A stretch of DNA of 64,000 nt from an uncultured Chloroflexia bacterium (lineage in GTDB: Bacteria; Chloroflexota; Limnocylindria; Limnocylindrales; CSP1-4), in the NCBI GenBank assembly GCA_963776385.1, contig CAVZME010000011.1:138807-202806 (forward strand), written 5' to 3'. Shown here in pieces: positions 51,909-62,231 of this stretch. Numbering within the stretch: the first letter of the stretch is position 1; each line of letters opens with the position of its first letter. Position numbers and translations under genes: made by a program. Below the pieces are notes generated by a model, which was given only the letters and a program-made list of their open reading frames with translations, made no database searches and was not told where the DNA came from.

Positions 51909-53488
51909 GGATCCTCGTCGCGGAACCCGTCGCCGAGGAGGGCGTCGAGCTCCTGCGGGCGGCCCACCAGGTCGATGAGCGGCACGGCCTGTCCCGCGAC
52001 GAGCTGTGCGCGATCATCGGCGACTACGACGCGCTCATCGTCCGGAGCCAGGTCCAGGTCGACGCCGAACTGATCGCCGCCGGGACGCGGCTGGCGGTCA
52101 TCGGTCGGGCGGGTGTCGGCGTCGATAACGTCGACCTCGAGGCTGCGACGCGCGCCGGCATCGTCGTCGTCAACGCCCCGACCGGGAACACGATCGCCGC
52201 AGCCGAGCACACCCTTGCCCTGCTCTACGGTGTCGCCCGCCGGATCGCACCGGCCGACGCATCGCTTCGCCGCGGCGAATGGAAGCGCGCCCAGTTCACC
52301 GGGCTGGAGCTCCGCGGCAGGACGCTCGGGATCATCGGTCTCGGCAAGATCGGGCAGGCCATCGCGGTTCGTGCCCGGGCGATGGAGATGACCGTCGTCG
52401 GGGTCGATCCGTTCATCACGGCCGAGGCGGCGGCCAACCATGGCGTCGAGCTGGTCGGCTTCGACGACCTGCTGGCGCGGGCCGACGTCGTCACGGTCCA
52501 TGTCCCGTTGACTCGCGCCACGCGCGGGCTGATCGGGCGCGAGGCGATCGCCAAGCTCAAGCCCGGATCGATCGTGCTCAACGTCGCCCGGGGCGGCGTC
52601 GTGGACGAGGCCGCCGTCGCCGATGCGCTCCGGTCGGGCCATCTCGGCGGCGCCGGGATCGACGTCTTCGAGCAGGAGCCGCCGACCGATTCGCCCCTGC
52701 TCGACGCGCCCAACACGCTCCTGACGCCGCACCTCGGCGCCTCGACAGCCGAGGCCCAGATCCTCGTGTCCGAGGAGGTCGCAGGCCAGGTCATCGATGT
52801 CCTCGACGGCCGGAGCGCCCGGTATGCCGTGAACGCACCGCTGCTCACGCCGGAGACCGCCCGGGCGATCGCCCCATACCTGCCGCTGGCCGAGGTCCTC
52901 GGACGGTTCTTCGCGCAGTTCTCGCGTGGTGGCGTCCGCACGCTGACGCTCGAGATCGCCGGTGAACTTGCCGAGTTCGATGGCACGCCGCTGACCGCCG
53001 CCATGCTCCGCGGGCTGCTCGAGACGTCGATCACAGAACGGGTCAACCTCGTCAATGCGAGCGCGCTGGCCAAGGCGCGCGGCATCACCGTCATCGAACG
53101 CAAGACCCCGGATGCCGGTGCGTTCGCGGCGCTGCTCACGGTGTCGGGCGAGACCAACGGACGGACGACGGTCGTCGCTGGCACCGTCGCCGGGGGTGAA
53201 CCGCGCATCACCCGGCTCGACGACTACCGCCTGGACATGGCGCCGGCCGAGAACATGCTCATCACGCGCCACATGGACCGCCCCGGGACGGTCGGTCGGG
53301 TCGGACTGATGCTCGGCGAGGCCGACATCAACATCAGCGCGATGCACCTCGCGCGGACGCGACCCCGCGAGGACGCCTTCATGATCCTGGCTCTCGACGA
53401 CGACGTGCCCGACGCCGTCGCCGAGGCGATCCGGACCCACGAGGCGGTCACCGACCTCTGGACGATCCGGCTCGGGGGCGGACGCTGA
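51905..53488 (+). CDS. serA: D-3-phosphoglycerate dehydrogenase, long form with ACT domain
   Basis: 527-aa single ORF with GLGKIGQAIA, ..NVARGG.., ..TPHLGAST.., and a C-terminal ASB plus ACT region. Confidence 0.95.
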   Translation: MRILVAEPVAEEGVELLRAAHQVDERHGLSRDELCAIIGDYDALIVRSQVQVDAELIAAGTRLAVIGRAGVGVDNVDLEAATRAGIVVVNAPTGNTIAAAEHTLALLYGVARRIAPADASLRRGEWKRAQFTGLELRGRTLGIIGLGKIGQAIAVRARAMEMTVVGVDPFITAEAAANHGVELVGFDDLLARADVVTVHVPLTRATRGLIGREAIAKLKPGSIVLNVARGGVVDEAAVADALRSGHLGGAGIDVFEQEPPTDSPLLDAPNTLLTPHLGASTAEAQILVSEEVAGQVIDVLDGRSARYAVNAPLLTPETARAIAPYLPLAEVLGRFFAQFSRGGVRTLTLEIAGELAEFDGTPLTAAMLRGLLETSITERVNLVNASALAKARGITVIERKTPDAGAFAALLTVSGETNGRTTVVAGTVAGGEPRITRLDDYRLDMAPAENMLITRHMDRPGTVGRVGLMLGEADINISAMHLARTRPREDAFMILALDDDVPDAVAEAIRTHEAVTDLWTIRLGGGR

Positions 53489-54320
53489 CGCCCGACGCCG
53501 ACGCCTCGCTCATCCCGAACGGCCTGGACGCCACGCTCGTCCTCGTCCGGCACGGCGAATTCGACGTTCATCGCGGAAGGCCGCTTCCAGGGTCATGCCG
53601 ATTCGCCGCTGACCGAGATCGGTCGCCGCCAGGCCGCGCTGGTCGCCGACCGCCTCGCCGCTCCACAGGCGTCACCGGCCGTGCCGGTCCCCGCGGGTCC
53701 CCTTCTCGAGGTGGTCCACTCCCCGCTCGGACGGGCGGCACAGACCGCGGAGGCGATCGACACGGCGATGCGTGCCGCCGGCTGGTCGGTCTCGCGTCGT
53801 CCTGACGACGGCTTCATGGAGATCGGCCAGGGTGACTGGCAGGGTCTCCATCGCGACGAGGTCGACGCCCGGTACGGGGCGGGCCTGGCGGCCTGGCGTC
53901 GGACCCCGACGACGGCCTGGGCACCAGGCGGAGAGTCACTCGCGGAAGTCGAGGCTCGGGTCAGGCCGGCACTCGCGACGGTCCTCGCCGGCCTCGGTGA
54001 TGGCCGGCCGGCGGGAAACCTCGATCGGTCGCAGGTCGCGGGCTACGACGAGCCTGCTGCCAGTCCACCCGTGGTCGATCGTGGTCGGGCACGACGGCGT
54101 CTTCAAGGTCGCCTTGCTGACCCTGTTCGGGTTGCCGCTCGAGCGCTTCTGGATGTGGTCGATGGACCTGTGCGCGATCAGCGTCGTCGAGTTCCGGGCC
54201 GGGCGGGCGGTCCTGCGAGCACACAACCTGACGGCACACCTGGCGCCGCTCGACGACGGTGCCGCGTCGGCGGCTCGTGCCGCGGCCGCCGCGGAACGGG
54301 AGCGCAGCGGCGCTCAATGA
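53485..54320 (+). CDS. histidine phosphatase (phosphoglycerate mutase-like) family protein; two apparent +1 frameshifts
   Basis: RHG motif LVLVRHGE and second catalytic His in ..VVGHDGVFK... Frame path 1>2>0, with changes near 53557 and 54065. The only in-frame start candidate is CTG 53485 overlapping the serA stop (CTGA). Span 836 nt = 3n+2. Confidence 0.7.
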
Positions 54321-54331
54321 TGCATGGCCGC

Positions 54332-56602
54332 TCAGCGACGCCGCCGCTCCTTGCGCCGGAACGCCAGTCGCAACAGTGACACCCGGAGTCGCCGCTGGGC
54401 CGCCCGCAGGCTCGCCAGGCGCTCTTCGCCCATGACGTGGCGCGCGTAGGTCGTCTCCACCTTGGCGTGGGCGACAGTCTGCAGTTCCGGCCGCACATCC
54501 GGCAGGATCTGGCCGAGCGACGTGGCGTATTCGTAGACCGTCTCGTTCGGTCGGGGTCCGAAACCGAACCGCGACGCGATCCGCGTCACGGTCCCGTACG
54601 CACCGTCCGCGCTGGTCGGGCCGCGCGGGCCGCGCCGCCAGGCGAGGAACGCGACGATCGCCACCACGATCAGCAGCAGCAGGCCCACGATCAGCAGCGG
54701 CCCAAGGCTCGTCCGGTTCACGCCGGTGACCCCGCCGGTCGGGCCTCGATCGGACTCGTTGCGCGGACCGAGCGTGGCCCGGGCCCCTGAACTGACCGAC
54801 GGTCGCGGCGAGGAGCTCGCGACGGGCGGTCCAGAAGGCAGAGGGGCGAGCTGCGCGACGTCAGCACTCGTCGGGTCGAAGCTGACCCAGCCGTACCCGG
54901 GAAAGTAGACCTCCACCCAGGCGTGCGCGTTGTTGAACTGGATCCGTTCGGACGTGTTGGTCGGATCCATCGTGCCCGGCAGGAAGCCCTGGGCGATGCG
55001 GGTCGGGATGCCGATGTCGCGCAGGATGACCGCCATCGTCGCCGCGTAGTACTGGCAGAAGCCCTTCTTGAAGGTCGCGAAGCATTCGACCGTGCTGAGC
55101 GATTCGCAGTGGACATCTCGGATGTCGACGGCGTACTTGAAGTCGCTCGACTGGAGTTCCTTGACCGCTGCCTTGGCGACGTCATACGGGGCGGTCGACT
55201 CTGCGTGCGACAGGATCTTGGCCTCGAGCTTCAGGGCCTCCGGGCCGAGCGATCCGGGAGCGACAGCGAGGTACAGCGCCTTGATGTCATCGGGGTACTT
55301 GGTCGACGTCTGGCGGAGCGCCGACTCGTTCAGCAGACCCGCTGCATTCCCCTCGATCGGGACCATGGCGGTCACGGTGTACGGGTCGCTGTTCGATCCG
55401 CCGTCCCTCTCCAGGAGGGCGAAACGACCCGTCCCGACCGTCTGCAGCTTGGTGGCGCGGTCGACGGCGACCGGCGTTTCCGGGGAGACGACGGTCGGCA
55501 AGCGGGCATCGGCCGGCGTGACGATGAAGGTGACCGTGCGGTGCGTCGTGGGGTCGACATCGTCGGCGAGTCCCTCGAACAGGGAGGCGCCCCGGCTGCG
55601 TTGGGTGGTCGTCGTCGTCGAGAAGCCCCAGCCCTTGGTGTCGATCTGGTCGTAGGTGACCGCCCGCCAGTAGTAGCGGTTCTTGTCGGCCGGGTTGCGG
55701 CTGATCGTCAGGGCCACGCCCGTATCGGTCTGCCAGATCTGGCCGATCTGGGCGTTCGAGCCGAAGGTAAGCCCCACGGGCCGGGTCGAGCCGCCGGTCG
55801 GCAGGAACCGGGAGATCGAGCGCGAGACGCTGAGCAACCCATCCTCGACGCCGTCCCACGCCCCGGCCAACGGAGCCGATGCCGCGGTCTGGGTGAGGAC
55901 GGCCGAGGCCAGGACCGCGACGGCGATGAAGACCGTCCCGCCGCGCAGGTAGACCGATGAGATCGAGGCCGGGTCGCCGATCCGACGGCGCATCCATTCG
56001 GACTGCTCGTCGAAGACGTGCGACCGGATGAGCAGGAAGAGCGACGCCACGCTGAAGACCACGAGATAGGCCAGCTGGTCGTTGAAGGTGAAGGCCATGT
56101 TCCCGAGCAGGACCACCCCGAGGATGATCACCGCGTTCAGCGGCCGGTGATGACCGAACACCGCATAGGACGCGAACATCGAGGTCGCCCAGACGAAGAC
56201 CCCCAGCGAGAAGATGTAGTGCAGGAACTGCGGCGTCGCCGACAGGTTCCGGATGGCCAGGTCGATCCAGGCCTGGACCACGGAATCCGCGGTCGCGGCA
56301 TAGAGATCGTGGAGGGAGCCATCCGGGTAACGCACGAGCCCGGTGAGCAGCGGCACGATGAGGGCCGCGAAGATCGAGCCGATCAGGTACGTCCGCCAGC
56401 GACCCCAGCCGACCTTCGGGCCGATGAAGCCGCAGAGCACGCCGCCGAGCGCCGTCAGGACCAGCATGTCGAGGTACTCGGTCCGCCCCAGGACCCAGCG
56501 GGCGTCGTCGATGGCCAGGGCGAGGACCACGCACATCAGCGTGATCAACGCGACTGTTACCCAGCCCTCGGCCGGTGCGAGCGGGCTGCGCCGCGTGTTC
56601 AT
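54332..56602 (-). CDS. polytopic membrane protein with transglutaminase-like core (TgpA-like)
   Basis: 756-aa single ORF. About six N-terminal TM helices and a periplasmic region with the Cys-His-Asp core ..GFCQYYAATMAVILRDIGIPTR..AHAWVEVYFPGYGWVSFDPT... ATG overlaps the DUF58 stop (ATGA). Confidence 0.85.
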   Translation of the reverse strand: MNTRRSPLAPAEGWVTVALITLMCVVLALAIDDARWVLGRTEYLDMLVLTALGGVLCGFIGPKVGWGRWRTYLIGSIFAALIVPLLTGLVRYPDGSLHDLYAATADSVVQAWIDLAIRNLSATPQFLHYIFSLGVFVWATSMFASYAVFGHHRPLNAVIILGVVLLGNMAFTFNDQLAYLVVFSVASLFLLIRSHVFDEQSEWMRRRIGDPASISSVYLRGGTVFIAVAVLASAVLTQTAASAPLAGAWDGVEDGLLSVSRSISRFLPTGGSTRPVGLTFGSNAQIGQIWQTDTGVALTISRNPADKNRYYWRAVTYDQIDTKGWGFSTTTTTQRSRGASLFEGLADDVDPTTHRTVTFIVTPADARLPTVVSPETPVAVDRATKLQTVGTGRFALLERDGGSNSDPYTVTAMVPIEGNAAGLLNESALRQTSTKYPDDIKALYLAVAPGSLGPEALKLEAKILSHAESTAPYDVAKAAVKELQSSDFKYAVDIRDVHCESLSTVECFATFKKGFCQYYAATMAVILRDIGIPTRIAQGFLPGTMDPTNTSERIQFNNAHAWVEVYFPGYGWVSFDPTSADVAQLAPLPSGPPVASSSPRPSVSSGARATLGPRNESDRGPTGGVTGVNRTSLGPLLIVGLLLLIVVAIVAFLAWRRGPRGPTSADGAYGTVTRIASRFGFGPRPNETVYEYATSLGQILPDVRPELQTVAHAKVETTYARHVMGEERLASLRAAQRRLRVSLLRLAFRRKERRRR

Positions 56603-57855
56603 CGAGCGAGGACCTCCCCGAGCTCCTTACCGGGTGTCACCGAGTAGGACCGAAGCTCGTATTCGGCGAGGGCGTGGCGCAGGGCGCGGGTGCGCTTGGC
56701 CGCCAGTTCATCGGCTTCGACGTCGGGTTCGACCGTCTCACCGGTCGCCGCGGCCTGTGCGTCGGCGGCCAGCTTCGCGTACGCCGGTGCATCCAGGGTG
56801 ACCACGACGCATGCCACCCCGCGGGTGCGCAAGGCGGCCAGCGGCCGGACCCAGGCGGGATCGAGCGATGCCGTGATGATGACCGCGGTCATCCCGCGAC
56901 GCAGGCGCCCGACGGTGGCGATGAGTGTCTCGACCAGCGGGGTGCTGGCGTCCGCCTCGACGGCGGCCAGGAGCTGCATGATCTTGAGGTGCTGGCGTCC
57001 GCCCCGGTCGGGTGGCAGGAACGCGGTCCGCCCGACGTTGACCGTCATCCCGACGGCACGGTTCTCCTGGAGCGCCCGATCGGCGATCGACGCAGCGGCC
57101 CGGATCGCGACCTCCACCGTCGACTCATCGCCGCGACCGGTCTGGATGCCTCGTTGAAGGTCGAGGATGATCCAGGCGTCGGCGGTCTGTTCGAGGTCGA
57201 ACTCCTTGACCTGGATCTCGCCGTGGCGGGCCGTCGTCTTCCAGTGGATCCGGTTCATGGCGTCACCCGGCGCGTACGGCCGCACGGAGGTCGCCATCGG
57301 CGTCGTCTGGAGGGTCCGGACGGGCGACGCGTGACTGCCCTCCAGGGCGGCGGCCGGCAGCCGCCAGCGCGGCAGCGGCTCGATCCGCGGGTAGACGACC
57401 ACGCTGATCCCCTGGCCGACCGTGGCCGACGCCTCGAAGAACCCGAACGGGTCGCCGGTCCGGATGTGGAGTGGTTCGATCCGGAAATGGCCACGACGCG
57501 ACAGTGGCGCGCGGATGAGCCACGACCGTTCGCTCCGCCCGGAGAGGGTGATGGCCCGGCCCGGCAGTCCGCCCGGCAGCGTCGTCGGGTTGTGGATCTC
57601 CAGCCAGAGCTTCGGCATCCGGCTCGTATTGCGCAGGGTGTACGTCACTCGCATCCGGTCACCGACGTGACCGTGGAGCTGGCTGACGGCATAGCCGGCC
57701 TCCAGGTCGGACAGGCCAAGGCGGACCAGGACGTACGACCCGCCGATGACGAGGATCGCGAGATACAGCAGGTAGAACAGGAACGGCTCGGCGGTCGAGA
57801 AAGCGGCCACGACAAGGACGACCGTGATGATGAGCAGCTCGAGCTTGCGGATCAT
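56599..57855 (-). CDS. DUF58 family protein (MoxR-associated)
   Basis: 418-aa single ORF. Two N-terminal TM helices and the DUF58 signature ..VRPYAPGDAMNRIHWKTTARHGEIQVKEF... Confidence 0.8.
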   Translation of the reverse strand: MIRKLELLIITVVLVVAAFSTAEPFLFYLLYLAILVIGGSYVLVRLGLSDLEAGYAVSQLHGHVGDRMRVTYTLRNTSRMPKLWLEIHNPTTLPGGLPGRAITLSGRSERSWLIRAPLSRRGHFRIEPLHIRTGDPFGFFEASATVGQGISVVVYPRIEPLPRWRLPAAALEGSHASPVRTLQTTPMATSVRPYAPGDAMNRIHWKTTARHGEIQVKEFDLEQTADAWIILDLQRGIQTGRGDESTVEVAIRAAASIADRALQENRAVGMTVNVGRTAFLPPDRGGRQHLKIMQLLAAVEADASTPLVETLIATVGRLRRGMTAVIITASLDPAWVRPLAALRTRGVACVVVTLDAPAYAKLAADAQAAATGETVEPDVEADELAAKRTRALRHALAEYELRSYSVTPGKELGEVLAR

Positions 57856-57895
57856 CGTCGCGCCTCTTCCGCCAACGTCGCCGGGCCGATACGCG

Positions 57896-58907
57896 CTAGG
57901 AGCTCGCGGCCGGGGACGAGCCGCGACCGGCCGCGGCCCGGAGCTCGACCGGACCCCCGCCGGTCGGTCGGATGCCTTCGACCGATGTCGACTCGAGCAG
58001 TTCGCGGACGACCTGTCCCGCCTGGACGTCGTGGATCGACGAACTGGTCTTGATGATCAGCCGGTGAGCGAGGGCAGGCTCGGCCAGAGCCTTGACGTCA
58101 TCGGGGATGACGTAGTCGCGCCCAAGGAGCCCGGCCAGGGCCTGACCCGCACGGTACAGCGCGATCGATCCGCGCGGCGACGCGCCGAGATAGACGTCGG
58201 GATGGTTCCGCGTGCCGTTGACGAGCCGGACGATGTAGTCGGACAACGTCGAGTCGACGTAGATCTCGCGCACGGCGCCCTGCATCTCGCGCAGGTCATC
58301 GACGGTCAGGACCTCCTCGAGGACGTCGAGCGGATGCGACCGCTTCTGCTCGTCGAGGATGACGATCTCCTCGATCGGCTGTGGATAGCCGAGACGGAGA
58401 CGGAGCATGAACCGGTCGAGCTGTGCCTCGGGCAGTGCGAACGTGCCTTCGTATTCGATCGGGTTCTGGGTCGCGATGACGAGGAACGGGTCGGGCATCG
58501 TGTAGGTCGTGCCGTCGATCGTCGCCTGCCGCTCCTCCATGCATTCGAGCAGCGCCGACTGGGTCTTCGGGCGTCGCCCGGTTGATCTCGTCGGCGAGCA
58601 CGACCTGGCTGAAGATCGGGCCCGGCCGGAATTCGAACTCCTGCGTCTTCTGGTTGTAGATCGACAGCCCGGACACGTCCGAGGGCAGCAGGTCCGGGGT
58701 GAACTGGATCCGCCGGAACGAGCCGCCGAGGCTCCGCGCGATGGCCTTGGCGAGGACCGTCTTGCCGGTGCCCGGCACATCCTCGATGAGCAGATGGCCC
58801 CGACAGAGGAGGGCCACTAGGGCGAGCCGCACCTCGAGGTGCTTGCCCACGATGACGCGTTCGACGTTGGCGAGGACCTTGTCGCCGGTCTCCTGGATCT
58901 TGGTCAT
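57896..58907 (-). CDS. MoxR-family AAA+ ATPase; one apparent frameshift
   Basis: Merges ORFs 58296..58907 and 57896..58780. Walker [12 protein letters not shown], Walker B ..[10 protein letters not shown].., ..[12 protein letters not shown]... Extra base in the run cttcGGGcg near 58565-58575. Span 1012 nt = 3n+1. Confidence 0.9.
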
Positions 58908-59097
58908 CGGCCTCTCTCGCGGTCTCGGGCGCCTGTAACGGGTGGCGCCGGGGTCGTGGTGGGGTCGCTCCTGGGACGGTCGGCCGTCGCCGACGTGGTG
59001 ACAGATAGTACGCCCGGAGCGTCAGAATGGTTCCGCGCTCGTCAGTATCGACGCCGCCGGAGCCGAATTGTTCGATTCTCGTCAGGGCCGGCCTCGG

Positions 59098-59301
59098 TCA
59101 CCCGCGGACGAGCGTCAGGAACCCGACCCACGCGGTCATGACACAGCCGACCGCGCCCATGACCGCAAGGAACAGTTCGCCGCCGACCCACGATGCCGCG
59201 GCGACACCGCCGAAGAGCACGGCCAGCACCAGGGCGATGCCCGCCAGCCCGATCCGCTCGATCATCGGACGGGGTTCGCGGGGCTCGCTCGGTTCGGTCA
59301 T
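59098..59301 (-). CDS. small two-helix membrane protein
   Basis: 67 aa. ATG overlaps the pbpA stop (ATGA). Helices IGLAGIALVLAVLFGGVAAA and LFLAVMGAVGCVMTAWVGFLTL. Confidence 0.5.
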   Translation of the reverse strand: MTEPSEPREPRPMIERIGLAGIALVLAVLFGGVAAASWVGGELFLAVMGAVGCVMTAWVGFLTLVRG

Positions 59302-60795
59302 CGCCCACCCTTCAGGTACAAGGTCATCAGGTCACCGGCGATCGGTGCCGCGACCTCGCCGCCGCGGCCGGCCTGCTCGACGAGGACCGCGATGACGACC
59401 TTCGGGTTGGCCGCCGGGGCGAAGCCGATGAACCAGGAGTGTGGCTCACCGGTGCCACCCAGTTCGGCCGTCCCGGACTTGCCCGCGGTGACGATGCCCG
59501 GGACCTTGGCTCCCGACGTGAACTGCTGGCCGAGGTCGCCCTCGACGGCGGCGACCATCGCCGTCGTGATGGACGTGGCGTCGCCTGCCGCCAGGACTCG
59601 GCCCATCGACCTGGGGCCGATGCTCCGGGTGCCGCTCCGCTTGCCGGTCATCGACGTCACGAGCCGCGGCTGCATCAACTCCCCGTCGTTGGCCACGGTC
59701 GACGCCACGAGCGCCATCTGGAGCGGCGTCACGAACGTCTCGGCCTGGCCGTAGGAGGCGTTCGCGAGCTCGACGTCGTCGGTGAACCCGCCGGGCTGCT
59801 TGCCGTCGCCGTTGGTCACCTGCGAGACCGCGGTCGGCAGGTCGAACGGCAGGGTCGATCCGAAGCCCATCCGCTCCGCGTAATCGACCAGGTTCGCGCC
59901 GCCGGTCTGGAGCCCGGTCAGGGCGTAGTAGATGTTGCAGGACACCTCGGTCGCACCGGTCAGGTCGAGCGCGGTCCTTCCGGTCGCCGGGTGATGACCG
60001 TCGCGGATCCGGTAGCCGTCCACCAGCAGCCCGGTCTTCTCCGCCCCGGGCTGCTGCTTGAACGTCGTGTCGGGGGTGATCGAGTCCGACCCGAGCCCGG
60101 CCACCGCCGTGACGATCTTGAAGACCGAGCCCGGCACGTACCGGCCGAGCGTCGCGCGTGGGAGCAGCGGCTGGTTCGGATCTCCGAGGAGCCCCTCGAA
60201 GGTCGCCTTGGCGGTGTCGGGGTTGGCGATGGCCGACGCGTCGTAGGTCGGCGTGGACGCGAGGGCGAGGACGTCACCGGTCGATCGGATCCAGCATGAC
60301 CACGGCACCACGTCGCTTGCCGAGCGCCGCGACGGCCGCCTTCTGCAGGTCCCACGAGAGCGACAGGGTCAGTTCCTTCGGGTCGTAGCGGTCGGCGCCG
60401 AACTTGGCGAAGGCATCCGAGAACGGATCGCCGGCCAGGCCGGTCAGCTCGGCGTCGTACGTCCGCTCGAGACCAGCCCGACCGTAGGTCGTCGACGCGT
60501 AGCCGATGACCTGGCTGATCTGCCTGCCCGCGTAGACCCGGTACGACTCGCCATTCGCGTCCTTCTTGTTGTCGGCGAGGACCTTGCCGGTCCGGTCCTT
60601 GATCAAGCCGCGCGGCACCGTCCGAGCGGCGGCGATGACCGCCGCGTCGTTCGGCGAGCGGACGAGGTCCGGCGCCGCGACCACGCCCCAGTAGCCCGCC
60701 GCGCCGGCGAGCAGCCCGAAAGCGAGCGAGATGACGATCGCGACATGGACCGTCGTCGGGCCCAGCGGCCGGCGGGCGACCCCTCGACCCAGCAT
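59298..60795 (-). CDS. pbpA: class B penicillin-binding protein (PbpA/PBP2-type transpeptidase); one apparent frameshift
   Basis: Merges ORF 60274..60795 (TM anchor and pedestal) and 59298..60311 (SVFK, SCN, KSGT motifs). Frame change near 60283-60286 (..VVMLDP | TGDVLALAS..). Span 1498 nt = 3n+1. Confidence 0.85.
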
Positions 60796-62207
60796 CAGAC
60801 GTGCCCCCGACGGCCGATGCGCCGCCAGCGCGAGCCGACGCGCGGTAGCGGCGGCGGTTCGACGCCCTTGTCGGACAGGGCGAGAAGGAGCCCGATGACC
60901 AAGCCATTGGCGAGCAGCGACGATCCGCCGTAGCTGATGAACGGAAGTGTCACGCCGGTCAGAGGCAGGACCTTGAGGTTGCCCGCCGCGATGATGAAGG
61001 CCTGCACGCCGATGACCAACGACAGGCCGATCGCGAGCAGCGAGCGGAAGTCGTCGGCCGCGGCGGCGCCGATCCGGAGACCGCGCTCGACGATGACGAG
61101 GTAGAGCCCGAGGATCGCGACGACACCGAGGATCCCGAGTTCCTCGCCGATCGCCGCCAGCGGGAAGTCCGTATGGACCTCGGGGATCGGTGGCCGCCCG
61201 GCGATCTCGGGCAGGCCGGCACCGAGGCCGACCCCGAGCAGCCCACCCCGGGCGAATGCATGGAGCGCCTGGACGACCTGGAAGCCGGCCCCGAGTGGGT
61301 CCGCGAACGGGTCGATCCAGATGTCGACCCGGGTACGGACGTGGTCGATCAGCATCGCCATCAGGGCACTACCGAGCAGGAACAGGATGAGCCCGATGAT
61401 GACCAGGCTGACCCGCGCCGTGGCGACGTAGAGCATCGCCAGGAAGACCCCGAAGAAGAGCAGGGCGGCGCCGAGGTCGCGCTGGATGACGACGATGCCG
61501 AGCGCGATCGCCCACATCGCGACCATCGGGGCGAGATACGGCAGTGGCGGCAGGCGCAATGGTCCGAGGCGGGTGTCCTGCTCGACGAGCAGCTCGCGGT
61601 TCTCGGACAGGTAGCCGGCCAGGAAGACCACGAGGATGACCTTGAGCAGCTCGGTCGGCTGGCCACTGAGCGGCCCGAGCTGGAGGGTCAGACGCTGGCC
61701 GTTGATCTCCGTCCCGAAGATGAACGTCAGGAGCAGCAGGCCGACCCCGGCCGCGGCCCAGGTGTACTTGTAGAGGCGCAGCCAGCGGTCGGACCGGACG
61801 ACGATCCCGAGCGTCGTGGCGACGATCAGCGCCCCGAGCAGCCAGATGAGCTGGACCTGGGCGAGACCCAGCTCGGTCCCGAAGAAGTGTCTGGGTCACG
61901 AGGTCCTGTGGCAGCCGCTGCATCAGCAGCAGCGAGACGCCGCCGAGCATCGCCACGGTCGGCAGCAGGATCTGGTCGGTGCGACGGCCGGCCAGGACCT
62001 GGGCGGCATGGGCGACGAACAGCGCAGCGACGTAGATCGCCAGGCTCTGGGTGTCGTACAGGCTCGAGCTTGCCGGTGACCGTGGCCCCCAACGAGACGC
62101 TCCCGGCGACGAGCGCGAGCGCGACCAGGCCCGAGCAGCCGGAACTCGAGCCAGCGCGGACGCGGCCGGACCGGTCCGAACGTCCCGGGCAGCGGCGGCA
62201 GCCGCAC
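60795..62207 (-). CDS. rodA: SEDS-family peptidoglycan polymerase (RodA/FtsW); three apparent +1 frameshifts
   Basis: GTG 62207. Rebuilt from ORFs 61923..62207, 61826..62371, 61369..62670 (middle) and 60795..61631. Motifs ..PTELLKVILVVFLAGYL.., ..HTDFPLAAIGEELG.., ..TGVTLPFISYGGSS... Frame path 2>1>0>2, with changes near 62130, 62065 and 61893. Confidence 0.85.
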
Positions 62208-62231
62208 CGCGGTGGCCTTCGATGCCGGATG

